Source of the DNA: Zootoca vivipara
Taxonomy: Eukaryota
Direction of reading: 5' to 3'
DNA length: 64,000 bases
Assembly: GCF_963506605.1 (NCBI RefSeq)
Contig: NC_083281.1
Span: forward strand, 50,468,001-50,532,000
The notes under the pieces were generated by a model. It was not told where the DNA came from and did not search any database. It saw nothing but the letters and a program-made list of their open reading frames with translations. Made by a program: the position numbers and the translations under genes. Positions 22,707-36,074 of the stretch are shown piece after piece; within the stretch, counting starts at the first letter, position 1; every line of letters begins with the position of its first letter.

Positions 22707-25700
22707 CTTTTTAAATTGTAATTTCTTGTTGGGCTATTCATGGATTTATTTGGAGCACTCTGTATAATGAGAAAAAATACTGAAAAGTCATTGTAAAGCA
22801 GACTGGGCAGATTTGTTAGTTTGCATAGGTGCCATTTTGAATAGAGTTGACTGCCACTCATTTCTGTACAAAATTAAAATACCAATTGATTACCTCTTAC
22901 AATATGATAATGGTTTCAGTAGATCCTTAAATATGTTTAGTTGAACCAATAGAGTCTACAGTATAGACTCAGGCTCTCAGAGATGAGCCTTAATGTGCAT
23001 TGCCCAGATGACGCCCCCAGTTTGCCTAAAACTTTATGTCTTTAAAAGTACACACAGCTAGTTCTTATTTAGAAAATTGGGCATGGTGTTTCACTACTTC
23101 CAATCCCCACTGTATGTAAATGCAAGCTACTTCAGTCTGTTTTGTTCTCATTGGTCCTTTTGATTGAGAAGGACCACTGCAGAAGCAGCATGACCAGTGT
23201 AGTTTGTCTTCTCAAGGAATACTTGAACTATTGCACCAAACTCAGAATATGGAAAGTACAGGTATGCCCCTTAGATGGGCAAGGGATCAGATTTTGCCTA
23301 AATTAAGCCCGTACAATTTGGAAGTCATCGAGCCATACATAGCCACAATGCCTGTTTTTGCTCTCTATCAAGCGTGGCAATAGAAGGCTGTCAAATATCT
23401 GCCAGGCCAGACTAAGCTGCTCATGGGCTATATTTATCTCAATGAGTTACAGGCCTAGACCAAGTGCTTCACCAAATGGAACCTAGAAAAGTACCATAAA
23501 TTGTCTGCACAGTCTCTACCACAATGATGTACTATTTTCAAGTGCCCTCCAATTTGTGCAAAGCCTTAGCTGTTTTTAGATGTTGTAAAAAGTTTATTTT
23601 TAAAGTTTTCTTTTATGTTTAATGTTCAAACAATGTGTAGATAAGACTAAGGAAGCAAAGTTAATATTTAGTTATATTTGTGTGTGTAGAATTGACTGTA
23701 TATACTTCTTGATTTGTTTATGTTAGCTAGGACTTGTCCCCCTCTGCAAAATTAGGTAACTCACATTGCTTTATAATCTAGATAGCTTCAATAAAATACT
23801 TTTCTGTATGCACAGTGACAGCATGTTCCTCAGTATTTCAATCCAAGAGATTTTCCTGTCAACATCTGCCATAATTATCCTACACCTTATCTGATGCATT
23901 TGGAGTAGCAGGAAGGTAATGACATTTCTGGATATCCAATTGCAAGAGTCCCAATGTCACTCACCTATGATTCATGGAATCCACTTATATTTGATCAACT
24001 GTACAGAAACTTGTTCAAGTAGTTTTATTATAAAATCTTGCCAAATTCTTTTTAGTTTCAAACAAACAAGTTTTCACATAAGCTGATCATAGTCCTTGAA
24101 CCAAATATTTTCAGTTCTTATGCAAAAAAAATCTGAGAGCTGAGTGGCTTTTCCCTTTTTGTTTTGGTGATGGTAGCAAGGGCTCTCACCAGGAATTCAT
24201 GTGCATAAACCTCATGCAAGAACACAGTAGGCTAGTTGACAAAAATGAACTTTTTTTGACAAGCAGCTTGCTTTCTTGTTCTTAAAGCAGGCATGAAATT
24301 ATTTAAAGCAAAAGTGTTCAATAGCATGACCATTTTTTCAGGATTCATCAGTGCCTACAAAGAAGGGATTAAAACAGTGACTGACAGAAATGTTGTAACA
24401 AACATGCAAGATATTTAAGAAACCACACCTATTTCTACAAGTGTGGGGCAAAAGATTTTTGGGGTCAACCACCAATTAAATGACATGAATACCTCACCCC
24501 CCCCCCCCCGGTTATAGGAGACAAAATTGCTTGAACCATTGTAAACTTTTTATTTGAATTGCCTTTTCTTGGATTTGTTGCTAGACTTAACCCTTCCTCT
24601 TCTGTAGAACCCTACTACCACTTCTGTAGAAATGCTGGTTTTAGTGAACGCTGTTGAAGGGCTTCCTGCTACCCTCATTGCACATCACATTTACTGCTAA
24701 GAATTGTGAAACTCTGTGCTCCAGTTTAAAACAAAACAAAACAGGGCTTAAGCAAAGTTTTGGATAATGGGTGGATACAAATAGTCATTTACAAAGTGGT
24801 TGCTTAACCATGCTATAGCCATAACCACTTGCTGAGTCAGTTACCTGTGTGACCCTGTTAGGCCAAGTGGATGAAAGATTTACCTCTCATGCAAAATGCA
24901 GATATGTGGTTAAATGGTTGTCAATCTTCACCTATGTAGACTTGTACCTTGTAAAATAATGGCTTTACAGAAAATAACATGTCATACTTAAGGACCAATT
25001 AATATGTGTTTTCATTTTTCAAAATTACAAGCAGAATAAAAATGTAAATAAATTTTAATTCTTTGTGAGCGTAAATAAACTTGAAGTTGCTTTTCTATTG
25101 ATTCCATTGATAAGTGAACCAAAATAAATAGCAGCTACTTTTCAGCAAATTTAAAATGATTGGTCTTGTTACTTACCAGCTGAAAAGTGAGCTGAAAAGC
25201 CATGCTTGATAGTACTTACAAGTCATGCTTTCTGATGCTGCAGTTAGGAAAACTTCAAAAAGCAATTTGGCATTACAATGAACAAAGTATGAGTTTTGTA
25301 TTACTTAGTCAAGGGTGTGGTGTGGGGGGAAGGCTGTGGCCCTCCAGAGATGGCTGGACCCCAATTCCCCTCCTTGAACACAGTGCGACCCACTTCTGCG
25401 TAGGTATGTCCAGGGCCAGGCTGCATATTCCACTGATTTCAGTGGGAAAGATTTAAGCATGTTCATAACGCTAACTGAAAATAAGTAGGGGCTTTTAAAG
25501 TATCTTAGCATTCGTTGGGTCATGCCCTTTGTTTTAACTACCCTTTTCTGCCCTGCACAAAGAGAACAAATGCCACAATCCAATACTCAATGGTGCATGC
25601 TCCAAAGTAAGTGTATATAGGATTACATACACAAGTAAGTGTGTGTAGCATTACATACTAACACAAGTGTGTGTTGCTAACTAGCTTTTAACATAGCATA

Positions 25701-26479
25701 TATATGTAACAGTTTTTTCTTAGTTGGACTTTTGTTTTAGCTGTGATTTCATTCTTTTTTAAAAAAATATCTTTTTAAAAATCATACTACTTTATTGGTT
25801 TTCTTTTAAACAATTGAGTTTGTTTTTTTAATCACCATCATATCAAATGTGGAAAAATAGGGGGATAACAGCATGCATAATGTATATCACAAAGAATGTG
25901 AGAATACAGCAGAATTTAATATGGTAATCATTTAGCTTTAAAGATATAGAGCCTTCTTTAGATCCAAATAATCATTGATTCCTCCCCACCTGAATTTATC
26001 CATTTAAAAAAACCTGACCAGTTCTGTGGACACCCTACTGTGATTATGTTATACCAGAATATTTTTTGGTGACACTCCTGGGACTCCCACCCCAATGTAT
26101 CCGTTAAAAAAGGACTACACCTGCTTTTACACTTTGGCAAGTGGCCCCCAGAGGGCTGACATTGGGTCTTTTTATAAGATTTCATTACTAACTTGGTTCA
26201 ATAAATCATCACCAGCAGCACATATCCAATATAACATTTAGTGGAAAATTCTGATTTTTCAAATGAAAGTCCTAGATTACATGGAAAAGTTCCCTAACAT
26301 GACATTGAAAAGTTTAAGAAGAATTTGGCCAAAATTCACTACAAGTTTTGTATAGAGGTTTGGTGAAATTTATTATATTAAGTGTTTTTTTGTCAAAGTG
26401 AAAGATTCATGTTTTTGGTACGGCCTCAAGACTCTGAATTTAAAGGCACCATCTTTTCCCCTCCCTTCTTTCCTTCCAG

Positions 26480-27175
26480 GAACAAGGCTGGGGGAGAGCT
26501 ACTCCTTTCACATGCTGTAAGATCCAACAAGAGACCAAGAGACCAAGAGTAACCAAAACAGTCTCAAGCATCTCTCACCAGAATATGGTGCCTGCTAATA
26601 AGAAAAACACGGCCTGGGTAACACAGTTGGCAAGAGAGAGACAAAAAATGGATTGCAAATTTACTGAAGGAGAACCAGATTCAAGCAACAAAAAGATTGA
26701 AGTTTCGTGCATCAAACCATACAACTATGTCCCAATGATGACAGCCCATGCCGAGGGAGACAGAATGAGAGGGAAATTAGACTCTATCCAAACATTCCTA
26801 GGTGAAAAAAGGAGCTTGCCAATAAAGGAATATGAAATCAAGTACTCACAACAGCAGACAGAACCTGACATCCTGAAATATAATGAGATCGGCCTGCCCA
26901 GAGTAATCCACGGCAATCCTCCTAACAACTTGAGCTGTATAACCTTAAATGCATTTTTGGTCTTCAGACCAGAAGAAGGCAATGTAATCAATTTGCATCT
27001 GGAGCCTCCTTCAAAGCATGAAGCAACGGCAGTCAAGAGAACTGAGGAAGGGGACAGCACGGACGCAGTCTCCTACAGCCATGCAATTAAAAAAGTAAAG
27101 CAGAAGAGTGAAAAAAAAGTTGGTATGAATAATACGGTGAAAAAGCAAATACAAAAATCATGTATCGCCCTTTGA
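26480..27175 (+). CDS. Diverged tandem duplicate of the C16orf46 terminal exon; candidate alternative last exon (231 aa) or pseudoexon
   Basis: Long polypyrimidine acceptor ctcccttctttccttccag|GAACAAGGCTGGGGG (EQGWG), phase 0, open to TGA at 27175. Collinear motifs GEKRSLPIKEY, QKSEKK, NTVKKQI shared with exon 21552-22706. Confidence 0.7.
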   Translation, partial: EQGWGRATPFTCCKIQQETKRPRVTKTVSSISHQNMVPANKKNTAWVTQLARERQKMDCKFTEGEPDSSNKKIEVSCIKPYNYVPMMTAHAEGDRMRGKLDSIQTFLGEKRSLPIKEYEIKYSQQQTEPDILKYNEIGLPRVIHGNPPNNLSCITLNAFLVFRPEEGNVINLHLEPPSKHEATAVKRTEEGDSTDAVSYSHAIKKVKQKSEKKVGMNNTVKKQIQKSCIAL

Positions 27176-28279
27176 CTTGTCCATGGTGCTCAGCTATTTT
27201 GTCTCGTCTTCAGAGCTGTTTGACTTTTTCCTTTGCACTGAATTTAGATTACATTCAAGCTATCTTCCATTCCAAATCATTGCTTTTCTAAATGCAATAC
27301 GAACACCTGCATGGTTTGAACTGTCCTTGTAAAATTGTGATAGTAGCAAGGGCAATTGCATTAATAATAGGGCAGTGGACTTTAAACTCAACAGGACTGA
27401 TCATCTCAATTAATTGGCAGCGACCAATTTTAAACCAGTGAGGCCAGAGAGCTGGGACTTAAGGGGTACTCTTGGTTTCTTAGGCTGTTTTGGTTCTAGT
27501 AGGTTGCTATAATTCAGAATGACTATATATTAAGGTGGTCCTTCTTTCTCCCAATATCTGGAGCCCCAAAGCACCATGGGTGGTTTTTGGTTGGCACACC
27601 TGGCCTTCCCAGCTGCCCCTTTCAGTGGTAGCACAAACAGCCAGAGAAGCTCTTCCCATTAGGAAGCCCTCCAGAGCACACTCCTTTGGCCCCAGGATAA
27701 GAACGGCTGCCACCAGAAGGAAATCCCTCCAATCCCCATTAATGAAAGCTTTTTGCAAGACTCAAATACTACAGGGGATACTGAAATTACTGTCTCTGCA
27801 GCAGGTCAAGGAACCATGAAGCCAATCTTGCAACAATGGATGCCAGTTTTGTAAAGCAAGGATGCATTGATCATAGCTGCCAAGTTTTCCCTTTTCTCGC
27901 GAGGAAGCCTATTCAGCATAAGGGAATTTCCCTTTAAAAAAGGGAGAACTTGGCAGCTATGGCCTTGATTAGCTTTGATTGATGCAGCACATGAGTTACA
28001 ATTGTGCCAATCCTCCCAATTTCCTAAAAATATTAGGAAAACCAGGACCAAATCATGGGACATAGGAATTGCTACAGCACAAGAATAAGGGACAGTATTT
28101 TGAGTCCAACACAATTCAGCATTTGGGGTTTGGGGGAGAAAAAAAGCTATTCACAGGTAGTTTTCACAGGTTTATTGGGGGGGAACAGTGAATTTGCTGT
28201 GTTTTAAATATTGCAATATATTATTATTATTATTAAATTAAAATGCAATATATTAAGACTGCAGACAGGGCACTGCATA

Positions 28280-28643
28280 CAGGTGAAACTTGGAAAATTA
28301 GAATATTGTCAAAAAGTGCATTTATTTCAGTAATGCAACTTATTATTTATTATTTTTCTTTTAATTTTTACAAATGCTTTCTTTTGGAAATTCCACAGTA
28401 ATAAAACAAATAGTTACAATAATACAAAAATAAACATTGCTATTACATTTCATTAATTACATTCCATTTATAATTGACCCGCCTAACGACAAATAATTAC
28501 AATTACTGTACAACAAATAAAGGCTTGACATATCTTGCTTTGCATGTCATGCATCTATCTCATATATTGGTTTCACCTTTTAAGTTGCAATACTGAAATA
28601 AATGCACTTTTCGATGATATTCTAATTTTCTGAGTTTCACCTG
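28280..28643. mobile_element. Tc1/mariner MITE with ~60-bp TIRs
   Basis: TA|CAGGTGAAACT..GAAAATTAGAATAT.. with the inverted copy ending AGTTTCACCTG|TA. Confidence 0.9.
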
Positions 28644-30081
28644 TATTAGTGCTGTAAGGTTGCAGAATTGCAATCAAGCACAATCCAAAATTCCTTTTTT
28701 GCAACACTGGGACAATGGTATATTTGTGCTTTTGAATGTTGGCTTATGTCCTAAAACTAATTTGCTGAAAATAGGGAGCCTTAGCATTAGAACTCTGGCT
28801 GGTTATGAAAATATAATTCTATTATTCCATCGTGATTCTTCAATCAGAAGAGTTATTCCCCAACTCCTGTGTTGTTGTTGTTGTTATTATTATTATTGTT
28901 TTAAAAAAACATAGTGGAATAAATAATTATTTCCCTCCTCACCCCAAAACATAGGTCAATTGTGTGGCAGTATAGTTCTGCCAGGTGTGCCTACCTGAGA
29001 TACAGATGAGCTTCCTACTGATGAGTAAAAAGCCCTCCCTGCTGAATGCCAACTGCATTTTATAGACTTTAAAAATAATATTCTTATAATGTAGAATTTT
29101 CCTTTACAGTAAACATGGGCTAAATATAGTCCACAAACTTAAAAAAGAAGTTAAGATACATCAAGTACAGCCTTCAAACTATAATTATTCTCTTAGCAGG
29201 GCAGCAAAATCTTATAATTATTTGGAGGCTTAGATCTAAGAGGTATGATAGCCATACATTAAAATGAGTAGCCTTTTCTTTTTATATGACCTCTAAGAAC
29301 CTTCATGGGTTTGGTGTTTGTCCATTAACAAATGACGCTCTGAAACACAGGGCTTATCCACACTTCCTCTTGTCCTGCTGCTTTCCCAGTGAAAACTGCA
29401 GTTGGAGCAAACAGCAATTTGGGTTTCCCCCAGATTGCCATTTGTTCCAATCTAAAGAGGGGGTTTCCCCTTGAAAGTGAGCATGGCAAAGGGAAAGCTG
29501 CTTGGACCTGAGCTTTCTAGGTGTGGCACAAACAAAAGTGTGGACTTGAAGGAGTGTGGGCTGAAGTTAGCCCAGGTCCAGGGTTCCCTCGACGGAGGCA
29601 GCTTCGCTGCCTGCCGCTGCTGCCGTTTCGCTGTGCTCTCCCTTTTTTGCTTCTGGGGGGGCAGCTGCCCCCCTGCCCTGTGCTGGGTACGCTCATGCAC
29701 CCCATATTAAACCATAGCCATGCTTACATAGCCCTGGGGAAAGAATGCCAGCATGGCTACGTCTCCTGCAGTCACCCCCCATCATTTGCAAACCCCTCGC
29801 ATCAGGACAAAACCATACCTTTTCTCACTACTTTGGTTTTAAGGCAAGGAATAAAAAAGAAATGCTATCTCCATCCACACAGCCAAAGGCTATTGCACTA
29901 CAGCAATTTGACAGAGGCTAGTGAAAAGTGTGACATTGCTTTTCCATTTCACAGTATAATCCACTTTCTAGACCCAACTATTTCTTTTCAATAGAGAAAT
30001 GAAATGGCAAAGGGTTTAAGTAACCATTATTGTAAAACAAGAGGCAGGAAAAAAACACTGGTGAGTTAAGGCAGAAAGACA

Positions 30082-30087
30082 TTTATT
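30082..30087 (-). terminator. Candidate distal poly(A) signal of ATMIN
   Basis: Minus-strand AATAAA followed ~23 nt later by a GT/T-rich tract; TGTATATA upstream. Assignment to ATMIN is inference. Confidence 0.4.
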
Positions 30088-33000
30088 TGTTCATCTTTGT
30101 GACATAAATGTGCTTCATTATATATACAGGTAGGCCCTTACCCTGAACAGTTTTATTCAAGACAAAGAGTTTATTTACTTAAAGCTCACAGTATTTGCAA
30201 TTCTATGCATGCAGTTGTGTGTGCAAACACCTAATGGACAGAGAAAAGTCAGTTCTACCATTTTACTGTCTGAAAGCAGAGGAAACTCTGCACTTCCATG
30301 TTGGTCTAAACTGCCATTGCATGCACGTGTAACATTAATTTGCTCTTTGGCATTTCATCTTCATTAGCTGCCTGAAGAGAATACGTATGCATCAGAGGAG
30401 AAAAAGGAGGCTTGTGGCTCCATAAAGAATAACAGATTTAACTGTTTTAGATAAATTTGATCTTTAACAAAGTGAGCACAGATGAGAGGGGGGAAGCCCC
30501 TAGAAAAAGAGGACTACTCTGCTCCCAAACATGGCAGAAAGGAGGGTGTAGTGAAAATTGCAGCTGCAAACGAGAATGAGATTTTCTTTCACTTACCCAT
30601 ATCCAGCCAGATATTAAAACTGTAATCATATGACAGCCTCCTCTTAAATGTAACAGGCCACAGTTTCATTTTTATTCAGGATTCCTCCAGCCCATCTGCT
30701 CAGTGATGAAATGGAAGTCATTCTCTTGAGGCTAGGAAACAGCAGCCCTCTATTGTTTCCTTCCAAAAACTTCATAAAGTGCAAGAATTGGATACAGAAA
30801 ATGTTCAATGATATACATGATCGATGCTGGAATTTAATATGGTGTCATTCAGATGTTTCTGATACAACCTTTGACCCTTTAATAGATAAACTGTGTGTAT
30901 TGACTCATTTTCACATTTCAGGCAACTTGCAGTGGACAAAACCCCTTAGTTCACTGGTATTGTTCAATGACACGGTATTGCTTCTGACATGGTATACCCA
31001 TGCTTAGGCTGCAGGTGGGGGCTCACATTATTGAATGCTCCTCCATACAAAAGGATTCCCTCTTATTTTCTCTATGGAAAACTAGATATTAAGGGGGGAT
31101 TGCAGGGGGGTTGAGGTGTAAATCAAGCATACATGTTCCCACCTGCAGCCCATACACAGCCTAGACACAAGTTTATTCACAGTGCAATCCAACATTTATT
31201 CAGAAACAAGTCCAAAAACCTCCAAAAACCCAAATCCCCATAAAGCATGCAGCTCACAGAGTTTCATTTCCAGTGTCTGTGAACGCCATCTCAATCTGCA
31301 GTCAGAGGTGAAGCATGTGCATATGCATGTATGCACACCTAGAATTTTTCTTGAAAATTAGCAAGCATAATGAAATACCATACTTTGATCCAGCAAGAGT
31401 AAGACATCATACTAAGCTCTGCAACTCATGTTTTATGTTTTCAAGTTTAGAAACATCCACTAAGCAGACTAGTGCTATTTCGTGGTGCAAAATTTTATCC
31501 AAGAATGTACCTTTAAAAGTTAATATAGCATTGCAAACAATTAAGAGGTGGTTGTCTATTTCCTGCCTGCTCATCCTCTTTCACCCTTTCACCCATCTTG
31601 AACCAGCTACAATGACAGGCAAATATCATGGGTGCACCTACTGCCAAAGGTAACCTCTAACGCTGCTTTTGCCAACCTGGCTGTGTTGGCTAGGGCTCAT
31701 GGGAACATCTGGAAGGCACCAGGTTGGCAAAGGCTACTGTACAGTGACTTTGAATGAGTTACTTTCTAAAATGATACTAAGCAACTCACCCAGTACAGTG
31801 AGTGTTAGGCCCTGCTATCAGACGCTTGAAAAAGACATCTAAGATAGCCCTCTGGAAGCAGGTGAGAAAGGAAGCAACCAAACCCTGTTGCTTGCCTGAG
31901 ATGAGTAGTAACTTGTAGTACTAGCATTATTATCATTGCCGAAAAACAAATATGGTTGGTTTTTAGTTCAAGTTAATTTTAACCCTTAACTGAATAAAAA
32001 GTGAAGAATTTCAAGGATGAGAAAGTTTCCCCATAGAAGACAGGACTCAAGTTAGAGCTGATGTAAATGTCAGCTGACTATATGCACCATGCATGCTGTA
32101 TTATGGATTGTAAAGAAGATCATGCCTGTATATATCAGTGTCAATCAGATTGAGAGAAAGGCATTTCTTGTTTCTTAGTACTATAGCAATCAGGGCTAGT
32201 CACACAAACACTAAGATATCTGTATGTATATTAGCATCTTTCACTTTCTATGAAGTAGAATATTAATATGTAGAAGCTGAGCAGGACATTCTTAGTTTGC
32301 TTTTGACAACAACATGCTGAGTTTGATAAGTCTTTTGTGGTGGGCTGGGTGGTTTAGCTCTAACAAGGGATAATCTCCAGCTCAGAAGGAGGATATGTGG
32401 TATCAACCTCTATCCAGGTCAGGTGGTTCATGCTGACAGAAATTTACCTTCCTGCAGCTATTGTGTCATGCAAGTAGGCCCTCTGTGTCTAGGTCGTGAC
32501 AATCCTGCTAAACACTTGTATATAAACCAATTCTTTAAAATTCAAATCTGTTTACTGCTTCCTCATTAGCAGGTAGGTTACCCTGATTGCTAGAAAATAC
32601 TATGGAATTGGAAAACCAAAGGCAGAAGATGTAGCTTATGCACCAGACTCCCTTTAATTACCTCATATTAATCAAATACAAGGATTGTGTGCAGACAGTT
32701 GCAAACTGAACATTCTGGTTCAATTACTCTGATGAAATGGTGGTGGTGGGGAACACTTAATAGAACCAAAGAACGAAATGTTACAAGATTCATTTTGAAG
32801 ACAGTCTCAAAATCTCCTTTAAAAGGATACCAGGAACGTGAAAGTTGCTCAGAAATTAGGTCTTTTCTGCAAATATGACCAGGCTGAGTCAATATTTTCT
32901 CTCTATAGCAAATATATTCTTGGAATCTCCTACTAAAGAAAGAAGATAGCCAAAAGTGGGGCATGCAGGAGATCTGCCATTCCTGGAGGAGAAAATAAGC

Positions 33001-35302
33001 TACTGTAGTTTTGTACACTGAGCTGTGGATGGCTTTTAAGTCTTCTTCTACCGGTATGAGTCCAAGGAGTGTGGAACATTTCTTCCCCCACAAGCAGAAA
33101 TGCATGGATTTAGTCACAGCAGCACTTCAAGGCGAGCTATTGCATAAGCACCCTATGTAGGATAAGACAGCAGTAACAGAACAGAGCCCAAAGGTCAATC
33201 TGCATTATTGGCACTGGCAGTACCTATCTATAAGTAGTTGCTTAAAGACAATCACATCAACTTAAAAAGGCGATTATATACCAACATGATCTCCACTGCA
33301 TTAATGGTACTTTAATGGGGACCCAGGACAGCTGCCTGTTTTGTTTGTGGAAAAGCTTAATATACATACTCATATTAGCGCCTGAATACCCTGACCACAG
33401 ATACGCATCAACAATTCAAACACACTTCAAGGTGCCCATGGACACTTTAATCAAAAGTGCACCTAGGCTACTACATTCTGAACTGCAACTACCAAGCTGT
33501 ATACCACAGCAAGCCGGGTGACACTAGCTTCGCACTGGAAGCACTAAGCTTCAGTGGGATGAGGGACTTTTTAGTTGCATCCCAACAAGGGTATAGTTAA
33601 ATCTCTGGAGTGCCATCTTTTTAATGTATTTTAAATTGTTGTGAACCAACCTGGGATCTTATGGTGGAAGGGCAAGTAATAAATCAAATAATTCATGTGG
33701 CCATGGAGGAATAACAGTACCACTCCTGGCAATTGACCTTAGATCAAAACAACTTGCATGATACATAAAGAGTGCACCCGAGTGATGTCATTACTTCACT
33801 GCTGCCTGGGACTCTGACCAAACTGCATCTTTTCAGCTTCATTGCTCATTAAACAGCATCAATCAAGGATGTGCCATGCACTTTTGAAGAACAGTGTGTA
33901 ACTTGCATCAACCTGGAAGCTGTTTGCCACTCTTTGGCTGAAGCAATCAGCTGGTGCATACCAAAGTGTTATGTACGTACAGGACCCAGTTGAGAGTTCT
34001 TCTTCCAAATGCTTATCCAAGGCTCAGTGGGAAATTGATGCTCAATTCTGTGGAATAAATGCTTGGAGAGAGAAAAAATAAACCCTGCATACAATTATTG
34101 AAGATTGCAAATATCCAGTGTAGGATATTCAGTGTAGAATATTCTCTTCAATAAACAAAAAACAGAAATGGAAGTTTCTGAAGAACATCAACAGATACGC
34201 TGAGTAGTTGCTAACACTTTAGACTTTGCCCAGAGTATGTTGGGTGAGAATTAGAACGTAAGACACAAAATCAGTGTGGAAGTGATGTGTCTTTGCTGAC
34301 AGACCATTAGCAGCACTATACAATGACAACAACAGACCCTACCACTGAACATGGTGCTCTCTAGATACTGCTGAACTCCCAACTCCCATCAGCCTCAGCC
34401 AATAGGGACAATTGTCAGTTGTAGCCCAGGAACATCTGGAGGACCACAGATCCTCTATCCTAGCCCTAAGTTTTTTTGCCCTTTGAAAGATAAGTTGTTC
34501 TTGGAGGAGCTGAGGGCTCAACATGAATTTAAAGAATTCAATCACAAACAGAACTGTATGTCCAACAGCAGGTAAAAGCTGTAGCTGAACACACGCCATC
34601 TGCTACTTTGATGAACACTTTCCTTTATTGCTTGGTAGAAGAGCTTCCTAGTGATCTTGTCCTGAGCAGATAGTAACTCACTGCTTTCTCGTAGCTTGCC
34701 TAGCAGCTATGTTTCCAAAGTGATTGTCTGACATAAGATCTTAGGACAGATTAAAAAGAAAAAAGGTGCATTGGGAATTGAAAGGTGCATTGGGCAATGA
34801 AAACCAGTAGAGCTGCTGACACAAAATGCACTGAATTAAATAACATATATCCAAGTGTACATTTGAAGTATCGTCTCTCATTTCTGCATTGGTGCCTTCC
34901 TTTCTTTTCCTTACTTTTTCCTTAGATTTTTGCAAGCCATTGAGCTTAACTCCAAACTGTCTGCTAGAACCTGGCAAGACTGTTCAGAAACTAAACACCT
35001 TACAGGCGACTAACATTGTTTCAAGAAAATTGAATCCATGATCAACAAGGATTTACCCATGTTAAACATGTTGGGTTGTATTCAACATTAGTCATACACT
35101 GTGCAGACCAAATGAAATTAATGGACATGACTAAATTAGATTAATTTCAGTAATCCTAGTCTGAGTATAGTTTAGTTGTACACAATCCAAAGTGTACTAC
35201 TGCACACTTAGCATGGTGATGTCAATATTCAGTTGTCCACCTACCCTAAGTCACAAATATGAAGTCTTACTAAATCTATATGAATTAGAAGCCAGATGAG
35301 AC

Positions 35303-35306
<4 letters not shown>

Positions 35307-35372
<66 letters not shown>
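35307..35372. repeat. (AG)33 microsatellite in the presumed ATMIN 3' UTR
   Basis: Read directly; ~700 nt beyond the ATMIN stop. Confidence 0.95.
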
Positions 35373-35373
<1 letters not shown>

Positions 35374-36074
35374 AAAAACTTGTTCTGTACTTGGTTGGTT
35401 TTCTAGCAAGCAACAAGCTGCTGCAAGTATGTAGGGCACATTCCTGCCAAATTGTTAGCCTATGTCACAGCAACATGCGGAAGCGTGAATCTGTAGAAAT
35501 TCTTGGGCACAACCATGATGTAACCCTAGTAGAGCTGAATTGCAACAAAGAACTCCAAAAACAAGAACAAAAAAGAGAAGGGCTGCATTTTCAGGATTTG
35601 GGGAATGAGCCTGAATTTGAAGAAAACTAGGTTTTGGTCCATTAAAAAACAAAAACAAAAAACCCACAGCACAATTCCATGTTTGATTACTCAAGAACTC
35701 CACTCTGTTTAGTGGACTTCTTCCCAAATACAGGACTGCTGCATTAATAGTCAAGGTCAAAGGAAAGCTATTACTAACAGCTATGAGTTTGGAACTTAAG
35801 AGTTTTTTTAAATGTAACTCAGCATAGCAGAGGCCAGACACAAGATCACTACCAGTTATGAAGTGTTCAAACATACACAAACACACAGCAGTGAACATAT
35901 GCACACGGGATTCATATTAGTAAACACAAAACAGTTAAAGTACCTTATAGTAGGACATAGTTTGTAAACCAACCATATGTGGTCAATTACATTCAGTGGA
36001 GGTGACTTGAATGTCAGTTTCTCCTACCCACACATAACTTAATCCTCAAAGAAAAGAGAGTTTGAGAACAGCAC

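Noticed and set aside
25958-26400. Possible decayed L1 ORF2 Cys-rich fragment just upstream of the duplicate exon
   Set aside because: Only a weak PKC..WE..FW pattern; too degenerate to call without a search.
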